Below, one piece after another: positions 41,399 to 54,799 of a stretch of 64,000 nucleotides of DNA. The stretch's first letter is position 1; every line of letters starts with the position of its first letter. Source of the stretch: Octopus vulgaris (taxonomy: Eukaryota); contig OX597821.1 of assembly GCA_951406725.2 (NCBI GenBank), positions 12,958,001 to 13,022,000 on the forward strand, in the 5' to 3' direction. The notes under the pieces were generated by a model, which had not been told where the DNA came from, did no database searches, and saw only the letters and a list, made by a program, of their open reading frames with translations. The position numbers and the translations under genes are program-made.

Positions 41399-41400
41399 AG
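40130..41400. repeat. 1.3-kb pyrimidine-rich (CT/CTGT)n low-complexity tract
   Basis: Direct inspection; it is the source of the spurious 294-aa ORFs. Confidence 0.95.
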
Positions 41401-41664
41401 CTAGTTATGTTCATACACAGTGAACCATGAGAATATCTGGTTGAAATGCAACAGACAGCTGCACATAGTCTTCAGAAGAGGAACGTGCTGCACCTGGCTG
41501 CAGCTCTGCAGTAGTGCAGACCTTTGCCCAAACTGTTCGCTGAGTAACACCTTCGTGATGTAACAGCTGCTGTTTATTCCTCATCACGGTTATACTATTT
41601 CCTCTTCATTTCCTGCGGCTGCCGGCATCTCTGAAAGCAACAAGAACAATTAAAACTCCTCATC

Positions 41665-41687
41665 CTACTACTACTACTACTACTACA

Positions 41688-41745
<58 letters not shown>

Positions 41746-42135
41746 GTAATTATGATAACGAATTAACACATGATAGCAATAACGCTATTAATGATGATGA
41801 TAATGGTGGAGAAGGTGGTGGTGGTATTGATGGTGGTGGTGGTGGTGGTGGTGGTAGTGGTGGTGGTGATGGTGGTAGTGGTGGTGGTGGTGGTGGTGGT
41901 GGTGGTGGTGATGGTGGTGGTGGTGGTGGTGGTGGTGGTGGTGGTAGTGGTGGTGATGCTGGTGGTGATGGTAGTGATGGTGGTGGTGGTGGTTGTGGTG
42001 GTGGTAGTGGTGGTGATGCTGGTGGTGATGGTAGTGATGGTGGTGGTGGTGGTGGTGGTGGTGGTGGTGGTGGTGGTGGTGGTGGTGGTGGTGGTAGTAA
42101 TGATAATGATGATGATAATGATGACGATAATGATC
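41665..42135. repeat. (TAC)n followed by a long (GGT)n trinucleotide array
   Basis: Direct inspection. Confidence 0.95.
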
Positions 42136-42887
42136 GTTAGTTGATTGATATCAAGAAACAAACGAACACAGGATTTTGCAAAGAAAAAGAAGCGTGCAGA
42201 CATGCTCAGACACAAACATATATATGTAATACATACACACACACACACACACACACAAACACACATACATACATTTATATGATTGCATGTAAATTATATA
42301 TATATGTATATACATGTATATATGCATGTATGTATGCATCTATATATGTGTATGTATGTATGTATGTATTCAGAGATGTTACAGATTGGATTAGAATTCT
42401 GTTTCCCCTAAACATTTTATTTCGACTTACCCTAAAATCTGTCAATGTATTATTGGTCAGTAAAAATGTGAGTGGCAGGAACTAAGGACTGCTGTTTTTT
42501 CTTTTCCTTTTTCGTTTTCTTTTTTTTTTGTTTTCTAACATACTTGGTTAAATTTCGTATTTAACTACAATTCTAGCTTCCTAGATAGGTCTATAAAGAA
42601 TATTTTCCTCTTAGATTGGTGAAACGGTCAAATACAAATGAGGGGACAAGTTGACACAAATCCACTGCTTAGTTCCTTAAAATATAAGCAGTGGGGATAA
42701 GGCTTTAGGAATAACAGGATGGTGTTAAATCCCTCTCAGTAACATTTTAATCGAACAAAAAAGGGATCGCTTAAAAGAGAATAAATGTTAATGCAGCAAA
42801 TTGAGCTATGCTAATCCATTTGAAACATACGTAGCTGATAAATCCTAGATCTTTACTTTGGCTACACCTGTAGTTAAAATTTGGTAT

Positions 42888-45800
42888 ATTAGATAAACTT
42901 AGATAAACTTAGATATGTTTCGACCAAAGATTGGTCCAGGCCATGTCTAACTTAATAGCACCACCTGATAGTATTATTCGAATCCTGTTTAAGTCAAGTT
43001 TTGTTTAAGTCAAGTTTTGTTCAAGTAGTGAGTTCTTGTTGGGTGAGTTGTATCCAATTATGGGTGGCTTATCTGGTATTCTTTGTAGGAATCTATCCAG
43101 ACTCTGTTTAAAGTTGATGGGATCCTTTTCCTCTTTGATCTCCCTCGGAACAATGTTAAGTAGGGCAGGGCCTGTTGAGGAAAAGAAATTATGTTGCAGT
43201 GTACATGTATGTTGTGATCTTGAATTGGGAAGGAGACGTATAGCCCGTGGTCCAAGTCTTGGATGAACCTTGAAGCTAATGTTTAGGTCGTTTGGGCAAA
43301 GTTGGCGGTATATTTTCCACATCGTACAAATGATGTACCGCTCACGGCGACGCTGGAGGGAGTAAAGTTTCAAGGCATTAAGGCGATCCCAATAATCGAG
43401 AGCAGCCATGCCTTCAATTTGTTTAGTGAGAGCCCTCTGGGGTCACTCAATTCTGGAGATGTTTTGTCTTGTGTGAGGAGACCACAGCAGTATTCAAGGT
43501 GTGGCCGTACAAAGGAGGAAAAAAGTGGTATGATGACACCTTGTTCTCTGGATCGGAAAGTTCTTAAGATCCAGGAACTTATCCTACGAGCTATATCGAC
43601 CTTCTTGTTGATGTGTGCACTCCAACTGAGATCGTCATCAACAATTACACCCAGGTCTCTGATATTGTTAGAGGCTGTGAGCGATTCCCCTGAAGGAAAA
43701 GAGTATGGTTGTTTTAGTGAGGAATTTCTTCCAAAATGCATCAGCTCAAATTTTCCCTCATTCAGTCGCATTTTGTTTCTGTCTGCCCATTGACTCACAG
43801 CATATAGATCAGACTGGAGTTGAGTTCGGTCTGCTTCTTCATTGACGATTTGCTGGAGCTTAGTGTCATCAGCAAATATTTTCACTTTGCAGTAATGTAC
43901 GACACTGGAAAGGTCGTTTACGTAACTTATGAAGAGTAGCGGACCCAAAACAGTTCCCTGGGGAACACCGCTGATGACTTTTGCTGGGTTTGAGTGGACT
44001 CCATCAACTACAAGTTGTGTTCTATTCGCCAGGAAATACTTAATCCAATGTAGAACTTTTCCACGGATTCCAACATTTGCCAGTTTTGAGAGTAGGATGT
44101 TATGGTCTACCCTGTCGAACGCTTTACTGAAGTCAAGATATATGACGTCAGAGTTCGAACCTGTTCCCAAGGCTTTGAGTGCATCTTCAATGTGGTGTAA
44201 GAGCTGTGTTAGACAGTCCCTGCCACAGCGAAAGCCATGCTGATTTGGATTTAGGAGTTTGTGGGTCTCCAGGAAGTCAGCTATCCTTGATCTTAACACT
44301 CTTTCAAACACTTTAATGATGTGAGAGGTGAATGAGATTGGGCGATAGTTGACTGCGAGGGATCTGTTTCCCTGTTTGAAAACCGGGATGACCGACTGGG
44401 ATAGAAACTGTTTCGGTATATAACCTGCGTCTAACGAATTTCTCCAGAGGTTGGTCAGAGGGACTGCAAGTTGATATCTACATTCCTTCAGGAGACTAGC
44501 GGGAAATCTATCAGGGCCTACAGCAGAGTAATGTTTGACCTCATTTATTGCTGCTACGATGTCGGTGGCAGTGAAGGTTATGTCTGAGATTTTGTGTTGG
44601 GAGTCAACTTCGTTCGTTTCCCTTACGTCAATATCAGTGGGAACACTAAAGACAGAGCAGTATTGTTTCTGCAGTATTTCTGCCATTTCTTTAGCATCGT
44701 GTTGGGGAATGCCGTTATCATCAATCAATGGCCCAATGGGTGAGACAGTGGTTCTATGCTTATTTGCATAAGAATAGAACACTTTTGGGTTCTGTTTGAT
44801 GTTTTTGATTACCCATTGTTCCTCCACAGCTCTTTGATTTTCAATGGAGGTTTTCATGTTAGTCTGCAGATGAAGTTTTTCCAGCTCTAGTCTTTTCATT
44901 GTTGTTGAATGTGGATGTTGTGTGTGGAAATATTTTAACTGGTTGATTTTTTTGTTGAGTCTTTTGATGCGCCTGATGAGTGTTTTTATTTCTTTTTAGG
45001 TAGCCGGTTTCTGTTTGTGTTAGTAGATTTCTTGGGAGCGTGTTTAGAGCATGTATAGGTGACAATGTTTTCAAAGTGCTGCCACGCGGTCTTAATATGA
45101 GAGGAATTGAGAGTAAAAGACCAGTCGATGGAAGACAGATCCTTTCTGATTGTTCCCCAGTCAGCTTTGTGGAAGTTTATGTTGTCAAATGGGTGCCATG
45201 AAGTGGGATTGGCTGGTTTGGTTTTTATATGTCGGGAATTAAGATTGCAGAGTACCATGTCGTGGTCTGAGAGGAGAGTTTTTTCGATTGAAATACTGTG
45301 AACGTAGCTAGAATGATTGGTCAATACCAGATCCAAGATCGTTTTATTCTGTCTCGTTGGTTCAAGCACTAGCTGAGTCAGGAAATACTCATCCATCAGA
45401 TTAAAGAGCAGTTCTGCTGCTGCTCTATCTGATGTAGAGCACTTGCCTAACTTCAGAGTATTTGTGGGCCAGTTCACATGAGGGAGGTTAAAATCACCCA
45501 TCACTAGTATGTTTCCGGAGTGGTACTTCCGAAGGAAGGACTTGACTTTGCTAAGGCACTCTTCAAAGTACATTAGAGGTGACTGGGGAGGCCTGTAAAG
45601 ACCAACAATGGTTATGTCCTTGGCTTTGTTGTATAGTGATACCGATTCACAGTAGCCATTGGAAAATATGTCCTTGGCATCAAGTGAAAAGGAGTCATGG
45701 ATAAAGATGGCTGTCCCTCCCTTATTTCGGTCTGTGCGATCCGCACGAACAATGGTGAAATCTTTTATTTTCACCTCTGCGTCCATATGGGTGTTGTTCA

Positions 45801-46435
45801 GGTGAGTCTCAGTAAGGATAAAGAAAGGGAAGCAATGTGCCATTTCGGCAAGCCAACTCTCTATATATGGCATCTTCCATTTTTGGGCAATAATTGATGG
45901 GTTGATGCCACGTACATTTAACAGGAATGTCGAGGTAAGGGAAGTTGGTAATGGGTGAGTGGTCCTTGTGATTTGCATAGATGGTTGGTGATAGCTCGCT
46001 GGATCTCCTGGCTTAGGTCGGCCTTCATATTTTCCAGGTATGTCAGTAAAAAAGAGTTACTTGTTTGGTTTGTCACTTGGTCAGGGGATACATATTTCAT
46101 GTTGGCGTTATTTGGTGTTTTTTCATGGTTCTGTCTACGTTGTTTGATTGTAGAAGGGGAAACGTGGTTGTATTTTGTTCTTGTTGTTGTCCTAGATTTC
46201 CTCTGTTCCTGTTTATATTTATTCTGTGATCGTTTTGTGCCCTTCAGATGTAATTGATGTAATTTTGATGTACTATTGATGTAATTTTGCACGCTGAATC
46301 TCACAAGATAATTCTCTTTCCAGAAAATATTTGAAGAAAAGCTACAGTGGTTTGATCATTTTTACCCAGTTAGAAAACAAAATTTGGAAGCTGTGATTTT
46401 GTGTGTGACAGCACGTGTTATCAACCGTAAACAAA
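42888..46435 (-). mobile_element. Near full-length CR1-group LINE (short ORF1 relic, APE endonuclease + reverse transcriptase ORF2)
   Basis: EN motifs LNVRGI, LTETHL, GDFNLP, LDLVLT, SDHD; RT motifs YRPISFTS, NQHGFR, YLDFSKAFD, GVPQGTVLGP, FADD, RDLGV; 3' stem-loop plus (TATCTAAGTT)n tail. Confidence 0.95.
43005..45978 (-). pseudogene. LINE ORF2 (endonuclease-reverse transcriptase) with two frameshifts and one stop
   Basis: Frameshift in the A-run at ~44995; small deletion at EYCC/WSP (~43486); in-frame TGA at ~43444. Confidence 0.9.
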
Positions 46436-46553
46436 TTAAATGCTGACGGAATTCCGCTTTACACACGACATATAAGCTCTCATAACTTCTTTATTTTTTA
46501 GAATTTTTTAAAATATGTTTGCGTATTTGTATTCCACACATAGAAATTCCTAC

Positions 46554-46855
46554 GATGGCCCAGTGATTAAGGCAGCGGACTCGCGGTCGTAGGATCGCGG
46601 TTTCGATTCCCAGACCGGGTGCTATGTGTGTTTATTGAGCGAAAACACCTAAAGCTCCACGAGGCTCCAGCAGGGGGTGGTGGTGACCCCTGTAGTACTC
46701 TTTCACCCCAACTTTCTCTCACTCTTTCTTCCTGTTTCTTGAGTAACGCTGCGATGGACTGCCATCTCGTCCAACTGGGGGAACACATACGCCATAGAAA
46801 CCGGGAAAGCGGGCCTATGAGCCTGGCTAGGCTTGAAAAGGGCGCATAAATAATA
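46554..46855 (+). mobile_element. SINE family R, body 1 + tail C
   Basis: Body as in 12146, tail as in 13651 (GCGATGGACTG...GGCTAGGCTTGAAAAGGGCGC). Confidence 0.9.
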
Positions 46856-47858
46856 AAAAAATTATTATGTAACCCACCCTGCAAAAATGTTTTGGGGCGT
46901 TATTTAAGGTCTGTTAAATTATCATTTTTAGCACGTCTCACGATCAACTCGCACCTCGTGTTTTAAGCATTTACTAAGCGAAAAATAACCACGTATTTTG
47001 ACAGGACCACAACAGCGGAGTAAACAGTTTGGTAACAGCTTCACTCGTTACTATGGAAACAGGCACCTATATATCTGGAGTTTTCGATTGGCTAAAATTT
47101 CCCAAAATTTGAAAACTTTAAAAACTATTAACTCTTTATTTATTGATTTATGGCGAAAATTAATTTCATGTAAATGATTACCAAACAAACTTATACCAAA
47201 ACACTCAATATGAAATCAATTGGAAGAAAAATAGAGGAAATTGAAGAGTTGCAACCATACAAAAAATATCCTAAATCATGATAAAATCTCCATTCTTCTG
47301 TGAAGGGGATTATGTTATTTTTTTTCTTTTATACACTGCGACAACAGACTATTTAAACAGAATTCGTTCAATGATTGTACTTCGGATTTACGAATTACAT
47401 TCGTAGCAGAAAGTGAATTTACAACCCGTACGTACAACCGTGGGATTCACCGAAGAATTTAGCAAGCCAGCTTCGGTGCTTATGAACTATTCACGTTGAT
47501 TCTTTAATACCATTTTCTATTCTCATATATGTATGTGCGTGTATGTATGCCCGTGTGTTTATGTGTGTACGTGTGTCTGTGTTTAAAGCGCCAACATATG
47601 TATATACATACAAACTAATGCACCCACCCGAACACGTGCAAGATTAACATTTTCTTTGACAGTACCAAAGAAACAAATGTGAATCGAGAGTTAACTAAAA
47701 TAATTCCGTGTATAACGAAACTGCTCTGAAAAGCTTTAGGACGCAAACAGATAGTTCTTTTTTGTTTTTTAGTATAAGCAGACTTGTAGTTTAAACAATA
47801 ACTATGAAGCATATGTGTATTTATTTTCTTTTTCTTTACCTTTTTTTACCTATAGATA

Positions 47859-48187
47859 AAGGAGCACTCCGTCGGTTGCGACGACGAGGGTCCCAGCTGA
47901 TACGATCAACGGAACAGCTTGCTCGTGAAATTAACGTGTAAGTTGCTGAGACCTCCACAAACACGTGAACCCTTAAGGTAGTTCGCAAAGAGATTCAGCG
48001 TGACACGGAGTGTGACAAGACAAGCCCTTTGAAATACAGGTACTACTCGTTTTTGCCAGCTGAGTGGACTGGAGCAACGTGAAATAAAGTGTCTTGCTCA
48101 AGGACACAACGCGCCGCCGGGAATTGAACTCATGACCTTACGATCGTGAGCCGAATACCCCTAACCACTAAGCCACGCACTTCACTG
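47859..48187 (-). mobile_element. SINE family R, body 2 + tail A
   Basis: GTGTCCTTGAGCAAGACACTT body with CCCTCGTCGTCGCAACCGACGGAGTGC tail; TSD ACCTATAGATA (47848-47858 / 48188-48198). Confidence 0.9.
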
Positions 48188-48587
48188 ACCTATAGATATC
48201 AATATACACACAGGCTGACGTGAGTAAAATTCACGACAATATCACATTCGTTTAATTTTCGCAAATACTTGAACGAGACTTCGAAGTCCCAACACAAATT
48301 GTCTTAGCATATGTTTATGAATAAGTATGCGTGTTTGTCGTGTGTCCGTGTGCTGTGCGTGCATACATACACACATGCATACATAAGTATATCCGTACAT
48401 ACATACATACACGCATACATATCTATAGGCATATATAAGCATGTCATCCAAGGAATTGAAATTGTTACCATTAACACTATTCTGCAGGGACCTGAATAAG
48501 GGGAAATCTGAAAGAGCATAGCTAACTAGTTTGAAAGAGGATAGATAAAAAGATAGATTAATATTTATATAGCTAGATCGATCGATC

Positions 48588-48673
<86 letters not shown>

Positions 48674-49304
48674 CAGATAGAGAGACAGGCAGACTGGCAG
48701 ACTGACAGACAAACAAATAGATAGAAAGATAGACAGGGAGATAGATAGACAGACAGACAGACACACGCCCATATAGGACACGTATATACGTGTGATTAGG
48801 TATTTATATACATACATATGTGTTACTGTGTGTGAGTGTGTGCGTGCGTGTTTGTGTGTGTGTATGTGTGTGTGTCTGTGTGTGTGTGCGTGCGTGCTAG
48901 CGTGCATGTGTACACTTTACTTATTCTCGTTCTCAAACAGGAACTGCACACATTCTACTTCGATGACTTGAATAAACGAGGTAGGGCTTGTACAGTCGCT
49001 TGACTTACAAGAAATAGCAGCTGGTTTCTCCGAGAGGCATGGCCGCCGGTATTTCTTTGCTTTCGCTTGCAGAAATAAACGCCAAATGCTGCAGGAATTT
49101 GTAGACGGATGACGTTTTGCGGGGAAAGTATTGCTGATGACTGGTGCATGTCTGCGAGAGTTGCTCAGACTATGACTGACAAGAAGTGAAGAAATGGCTG
49201 AGAAAAAATGCACGATTGGAACGCTGTCCGTTCGCTCAAATGAGCAGAAGGAAATATACTAGCAGTAAAAACACGGCAGAATCGAGAAAAAGTTCAATGA
49301 CACA

Positions 49305-49702
49305 TCTTTATATATAAAAGAGAAGTTGTGTGTCTGTCTCCTACGATTTAGATTCCTAACTACTCCCACATTTTGCGGTGCAGTTTAACCAAAACCGGGT
49401 ATCTTATAGTCGTGATTCATATCGAGCCCTTCTGGGTATTAGCGCGCGTCTACGATGAGTCTACGATTTAAAAAAAAAATTACCATCATTTTTTCCCATT
49501 TTAATTCACTTTTTTCGCTATTATATAAGGGAAGTAACTCTCTAAAAATGTCTACGATGAGTCAACGATTTAAAAAAAATTTACCATCATTTGTTTTCCA
49601 TTTTTAATGCATCTTTTTGCTATTTTTTGGCTATAACTCTCTAAAAATGCTTATATAGTTATTTCCCTTACAAACCCGAGCAACGCCGGGCGATACTGCT
49701 AG
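49305..49702 (+). mobile_element. Non-autonomous Helitron (398 bp)
   Basis: A|TCTTTATATATAAAAG...CCCGAGCAACGCCGGGCGATACTGCTAG|T. Confidence 0.93.
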
Positions 49703-49976
49703 TTAAATAATATATTCGTAATATCATAATAAAAAGCATGGACGGATGGCTCGATTGTCTTTCTCAATTAGATTGCACCAAAAGCTAATACCAAACAGGC
49801 CAAATATCAGAATTCATTAGCGAATACACAGACGCAAGCACAAGCGCGCACTGGCACACACAAATTGAATTCAGTCACATGAATATAAGTGGGTGTCACG
49901 TGGTACTATTTTAGGATTCATTGGTTCAACAAAGGAAGCTGCCACCACTTGAGACTAATGAGGATCTCATCTTTTA

Positions 49977-50534
49977 TTGGGTTGTCGGGAAAGTCCGTGC
50001 CGATTTTTAAAGGAAAGAAAAAGGTCAATAAATACTTGCCGTTACATTTTTAATCAACCAAATATGAACCATTTTGTTCCACAATGCGTCTTCATCTTTC
50101 CTTTAACTTGAAAACACCCTCTTCCCAGAATTCAGGTGGCAAAGAATTCATCAAGGTATCTTTTTACGTCATCCAAGGAATTTAAATTTTTACCATTAAC
50201 ACTATTCTACAGAGACCTCTGAATATGTGCAAATTCGAAGGAGCAATATCTGGTGAATATGGAGGGTTGGGTAACACATCCCAGCCGAGCTGCAGAAATT
50301 TTTGTCTGGTTCCCAAAGCATCAAGTGCCGAATATAAACTTTCTTATCTTCCATTTTAGAGGGCTACAGAATAAACAGGTTATAGGAATATATACCTTCT
50401 TCCACGAAAATATAGCTTAAACTGTGCTCTAGATGGAGGTGAAGTCAAATCCCATTTTATGGACTCAACCATATTCCAAAATAAGTCGAAACGTAAGCTA
50501 CTATAAATCGGCACGAACTTTCCGGACAATCCAA
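49977..50534 (-). mobile_element. Internally deleted mariner element
   Basis: TA TSDs; ~29-bp TIRs TTGGGTTGTCGGGAAAGTCCGTGCCGATT; transposase C-terminus LGWDVLPNPPYSPDIAPS. A related fragment lies at 48440-48525. Confidence 0.92.
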
Positions 50535-50539
50535 TATTT

Positions 50540-50896
50540 CTATTTGTTTTAATCTTTCGATAGTAGCCATGCTGAGGCACCACTTTGGAGAAATTTTTGT
50601 AGCTGCACGAATCGACCACAGTAATTAATACTGAAGCGTTAACTTACAGGAACGTAAATACATCAACATTGGTTTTCAACTGGTGTGTGGTGGTGGAAAA
50701 TACAGACAAAGAGATATACACACACCCACACAAACACAGACACAGACGCATATAGACGATGGGCTTCTTTCAGTTTCCGTCTACGAAATCCACTCACAAG
50801 ACGTTGATCGGTACAAGAAACTTTCCCAAGATGAGACAGAACCCAGAATCATGTGATTGTGAAACAGACTTCTTACCAGACAGCCACGCCTGCGCC
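50540..50896 (-). mobile_element. SINE family K, diverged
   Basis: CTTTCAGTTTCCGTCTAC..ATCCACTCACAAG...CAGCCACGCCTGCGCC. Confidence 0.8.
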
Positions 50897-51085
50897 ATCA
50901 TAATGCACAATATATTTAGTGTAGCAGGCTTCCTTTTTGATTCGATTAACTCTTTTATAGATGTCCTCTCAAGGTGTATATGAATGTGCAAAATTTTTCT
51001 CTAGAGATCTCTAGTTTTCTGTTACTGGCAGCCGAACTCAATATGACATTCCTCATCTCTATTGTGCCACTTCCAGTGCTGATGG

Positions 51086-51128
<43 letters not shown>

Positions 51129-51196
51129 CACACATGCTCATACAAACACTCGTATGCATGGGATTGTCTGTATGTGTGTGAGTATGTATACATACC

Positions 51197-51251
<55 letters not shown>

Positions 51252-51256
51252 ATATG

Positions 51257-51328
<72 letters not shown>

Positions 51329-52180
51329 TGCGTATGTATATAAATATACATACATATATATATATACATACATATATATATATGTATATATACACATACA
51401 TATATACGCGTCTATATGCATATATGCATATTTATACGCATGCACAAGTGTATGATGGTGTGTTTATTACGTAATAGCAGCTTAGAAAATTAAACATTAG
51501 AGTCTGCAGGCATAAATCGGATATTGGCTTTTTGGTAAATGGAACTCTTGGATTTATGAAAAGGGATGTCTTGAAGCATTCCAGAATGGAAGGTAATATT
51601 TCCTGGATTTGTGGAGGATGTAAAATGCCATTTTGATGAAGTAAAGAGGTGAAGAATGACATTTCTTGGAGGCATGAAAGAGATGTGGAATTTGATGAAT
51701 CACCTGAAGAGCAAACAACCCACTTTTGGAATTAAAGGAAAAGCATGTAGCAATTTATTTTGTTTATAATTTTTCATGCGTTTGTTTGCATCTCTCAGTA
51801 AATTAATCAAGTTTCTCGTTGAATCAATCCGCCATTTTCTCGCGAACGTGCAAATTCTTTGGCGACATAATATAGTGTTTACTGTGTTTCAGGGTTACCC
51901 TATGCGCGCATGCGTGTATGTGCGTGTGTGTCTGTGCGCACGTACGCACGCACAAACGCGTCAGTGTGTGTGTGCGTGCTTTTTTGTTTACGTGCTTCGT
52001 CTGACTGCCTTTATGATAGAGCATATGTATTCTCGTGCGTCGGCATGTGTATTTCTCTACACGTGAGTGTGCATTAATGTGGATGTGTGTGTATATGCGC
52101 GCTTGCAGTTATGTAGATTTCTATACTACCGATAAATAAACAGAGGTAGAAGGAATCGAATAAGGCTTAATGTGTATGCG

Positions 52181-52239
<59 letters not shown>

Positions 52240-52758
52240 GTATATGTATGTATGTATGTATGTATGTATGCATTTATGTATATATATATATATATATACA
52301 CACACATCAATTTATGCGTGTGCGTGTGTATTTATAATTATAGAGATACATATACACACTCACTCATCAAAATATTTGTATAAATATTAGAGCGTGTATT
52401 AATGTGTGTGTATGTTTGTGTGTTGTGTGTGTATGTGTGTGTGCGTTTATACCTGCGTATGCATATGCATTATTAATTCATGCAGGTAAATATGTATGGC
52501 GAAACGTGTGCTCCATAATATATATACACATGAATGTGTATATATATACATGTACGTGTAGCTTATAGTGAGATGTGCGTGCATAAACAAGTGTGCATTT
52601 TTCTACGTATATCACATAAAGTTCGTGTATAGATAAATAATTTAGCATGAACGAGTAAATAAATAACAGCATGCATCAGAATGCGTGCGTGTGCGTGCTT
52701 GCGTGTTCCCGCATATGAGTGTAGAAGCTGTGTATGTGCGTGTGTGCATGCGTGTAAG

Positions 52759-52799
<41 letters not shown>

Positions 52800-53596
52800 T
52801 CGATTGCTGCGTCAAAGATCTTCTTAAGATATCAAACCTGTAAATGTGTTTGAGGGTTTAATGAAATTTACTCCCCTTCGCTTTAATTTATTTATTCTCC
52901 ACCAACTATCAACACCACTACCACTACCACCACAGCCATTACAAAACTAAGGAGCGAAAATAGAAAGCTGGTAATCTAGGATTGGGTAGGGGCTGTTGGT
53001 AATGTAGAGCTAACCTGCAAATGTTTAGGATCTAGTGGGAGTCGGGCGGGCGCGTGTTACAGAGTTAAACAGTTAAGATTTATTATATTACACACCGACA
53101 GTCACGTGACATCTATACACATAAACACATATAGAAACGCATATACACACATATCACATTTTCGCATTCCTTTACCTTAAAGGAAACTTTTGAGTCAGCG
53201 TTAACAGTATCATCGATTTAATGTAGCCTTGGTATTGCATTTGTTTTTGGTGTTCCTATTGTTGTATTTTATTGGATGTTGCTGCTGATAGCGTTTCTTA
53301 TGCTTCGTGTTGTTATTGTGTTGGCAGCGCTGCTCTTTTATATCTTCTTCTTCTCTAGAGTTATTGAAACTGTTCATAATGTTTGTTGTTCATAATAGAA
53401 TGGTGCTTTCGCTGCAGTTGCCGTCCTTTTTTTTTTACAAGTTATTCTATAGATATTGTTGCTTTATCACTCGCGCACGACACCATAAAAATACATACAT
53501 ACATACATACATTCATAGACGTATATACACACACATATGCTAATGTTTTGCACACACATGCACACATATATGCGTATATAAAGCATAGACATATAC

Positions 53597-53637
<41 letters not shown>

Positions 53638-54410
53638 GCGTGGGGGCGTAGGAAAAAATGGGTTTTTTCAAAGGTTGCATTTCCCCTTCCAGTGTTGTTT
53701 TGTTACGTAAGTTAATGGAATCGGCTTCAAACAGGAATTGAAACTGGCTCTTAATATCTGCTTCCTGAGAGCTTCTCTCTTTCTCTGATGTATTTTATTA
53801 GCAAGCTTTCACTGCTAAAAACTAATGTTTTTTAGCCTGAACTCAGCGCTGCTCGAGTAGAGCGAGGATCCATGTCTTTACAAATATGACCATCTCGGCA
53901 TATTTTCATATGTATTATACTTAGATTTAGATTCTGCAATGTTTTATCACTTATGACCGTAGGGTTTTAAATGAGGGATATTTTGCTGATATTTCGAGGT
54001 GATTGAGCAACGTTTGAGAGGAATCTGTCGCGGTAAGCTCGTTGTCGCTGATGTTGTTACTGTCATTGGTTGACATGAAAAACGACTGCAGCAAAATGAA
54101 CTGAAGGTTTCTCTCTATTTTACTTCAATGATCTGCATTGTTAATATTGTATGTCTAATAAATCAGCAGGACCCCGCTCATAGATCTAACGATAGATCCT
54201 CAAAGCCTTCGTTCCTCATAGAATTAGGAACCAAATGTCTATCAAATCCCATTCTTCTAACCGAGCCCGGTTTGTTTTATCCCACAAGACGAGCCTCTGT
54301 AATTTTCCAGCTCTCTTCCTCTTATGTTTACAATGCAGCTCTGAACTGTTTTTTAACAGTTTAATGAGGACGTTAATCTCTTCGGTTTCACTGATCTGTA
54401 AGATCCAACA

Positions 54411-54799
54411 GTGGAGGCGCAATGGCCCAGTGGTTAGGGCAGCGGACTCGCGGTCGTAGGATCGCGGTTTCGATTCCCAGACCGGGCGTTGTGAGTGTTT
54501 ATTGAGCGAAAACACCTAAAAGCTCCACGAGGCTCCGGCAGGGGATGGTGGTGATCCCTGCTGTACTCTTTCACCACAACTTTCTCTCACTCTTATTTCC
54601 TGTTTCTGTTGTACCTGTATTTCAAAGGGCCGGCCTTGTCACTCTCTGTGTCACGCTGAATATCCCCGAGAACTACGTTAAGAGTACACGTGTCTGTGGA
54701 GTGCTCAGCCACTTACACGTTAATTTCACGAGCAGGCTGTTCCGTTGATTCGGATCAACCGGAACCCTCGTCATCGTAACCAACGGAGTGCTTCCATCC
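54411..54799 (+). mobile_element. SINE family R, body 1 + tail A (full length)
   Basis: Near-identical to 12146-12529; TSD AAGATCCAACA (54400-54410 / 54800-54810). Confidence 0.93.

Noticed and set aside
40520-41430. Two 294-aa ORFs
   Set aside because: They are translations of a (CT)n low-complexity tract that lacks stop codons by composition.
41763-42266. Poly-Thr / poly-Val ORFs resembling a mucin
   Set aside because: This is a (GGT)n microsatellite flanked by other simple repeats, with no unique coding context.
43302-44771. Plus-strand ORFs overlapping the LINE
   Set aside because: They are antisense shadows of ORF2.
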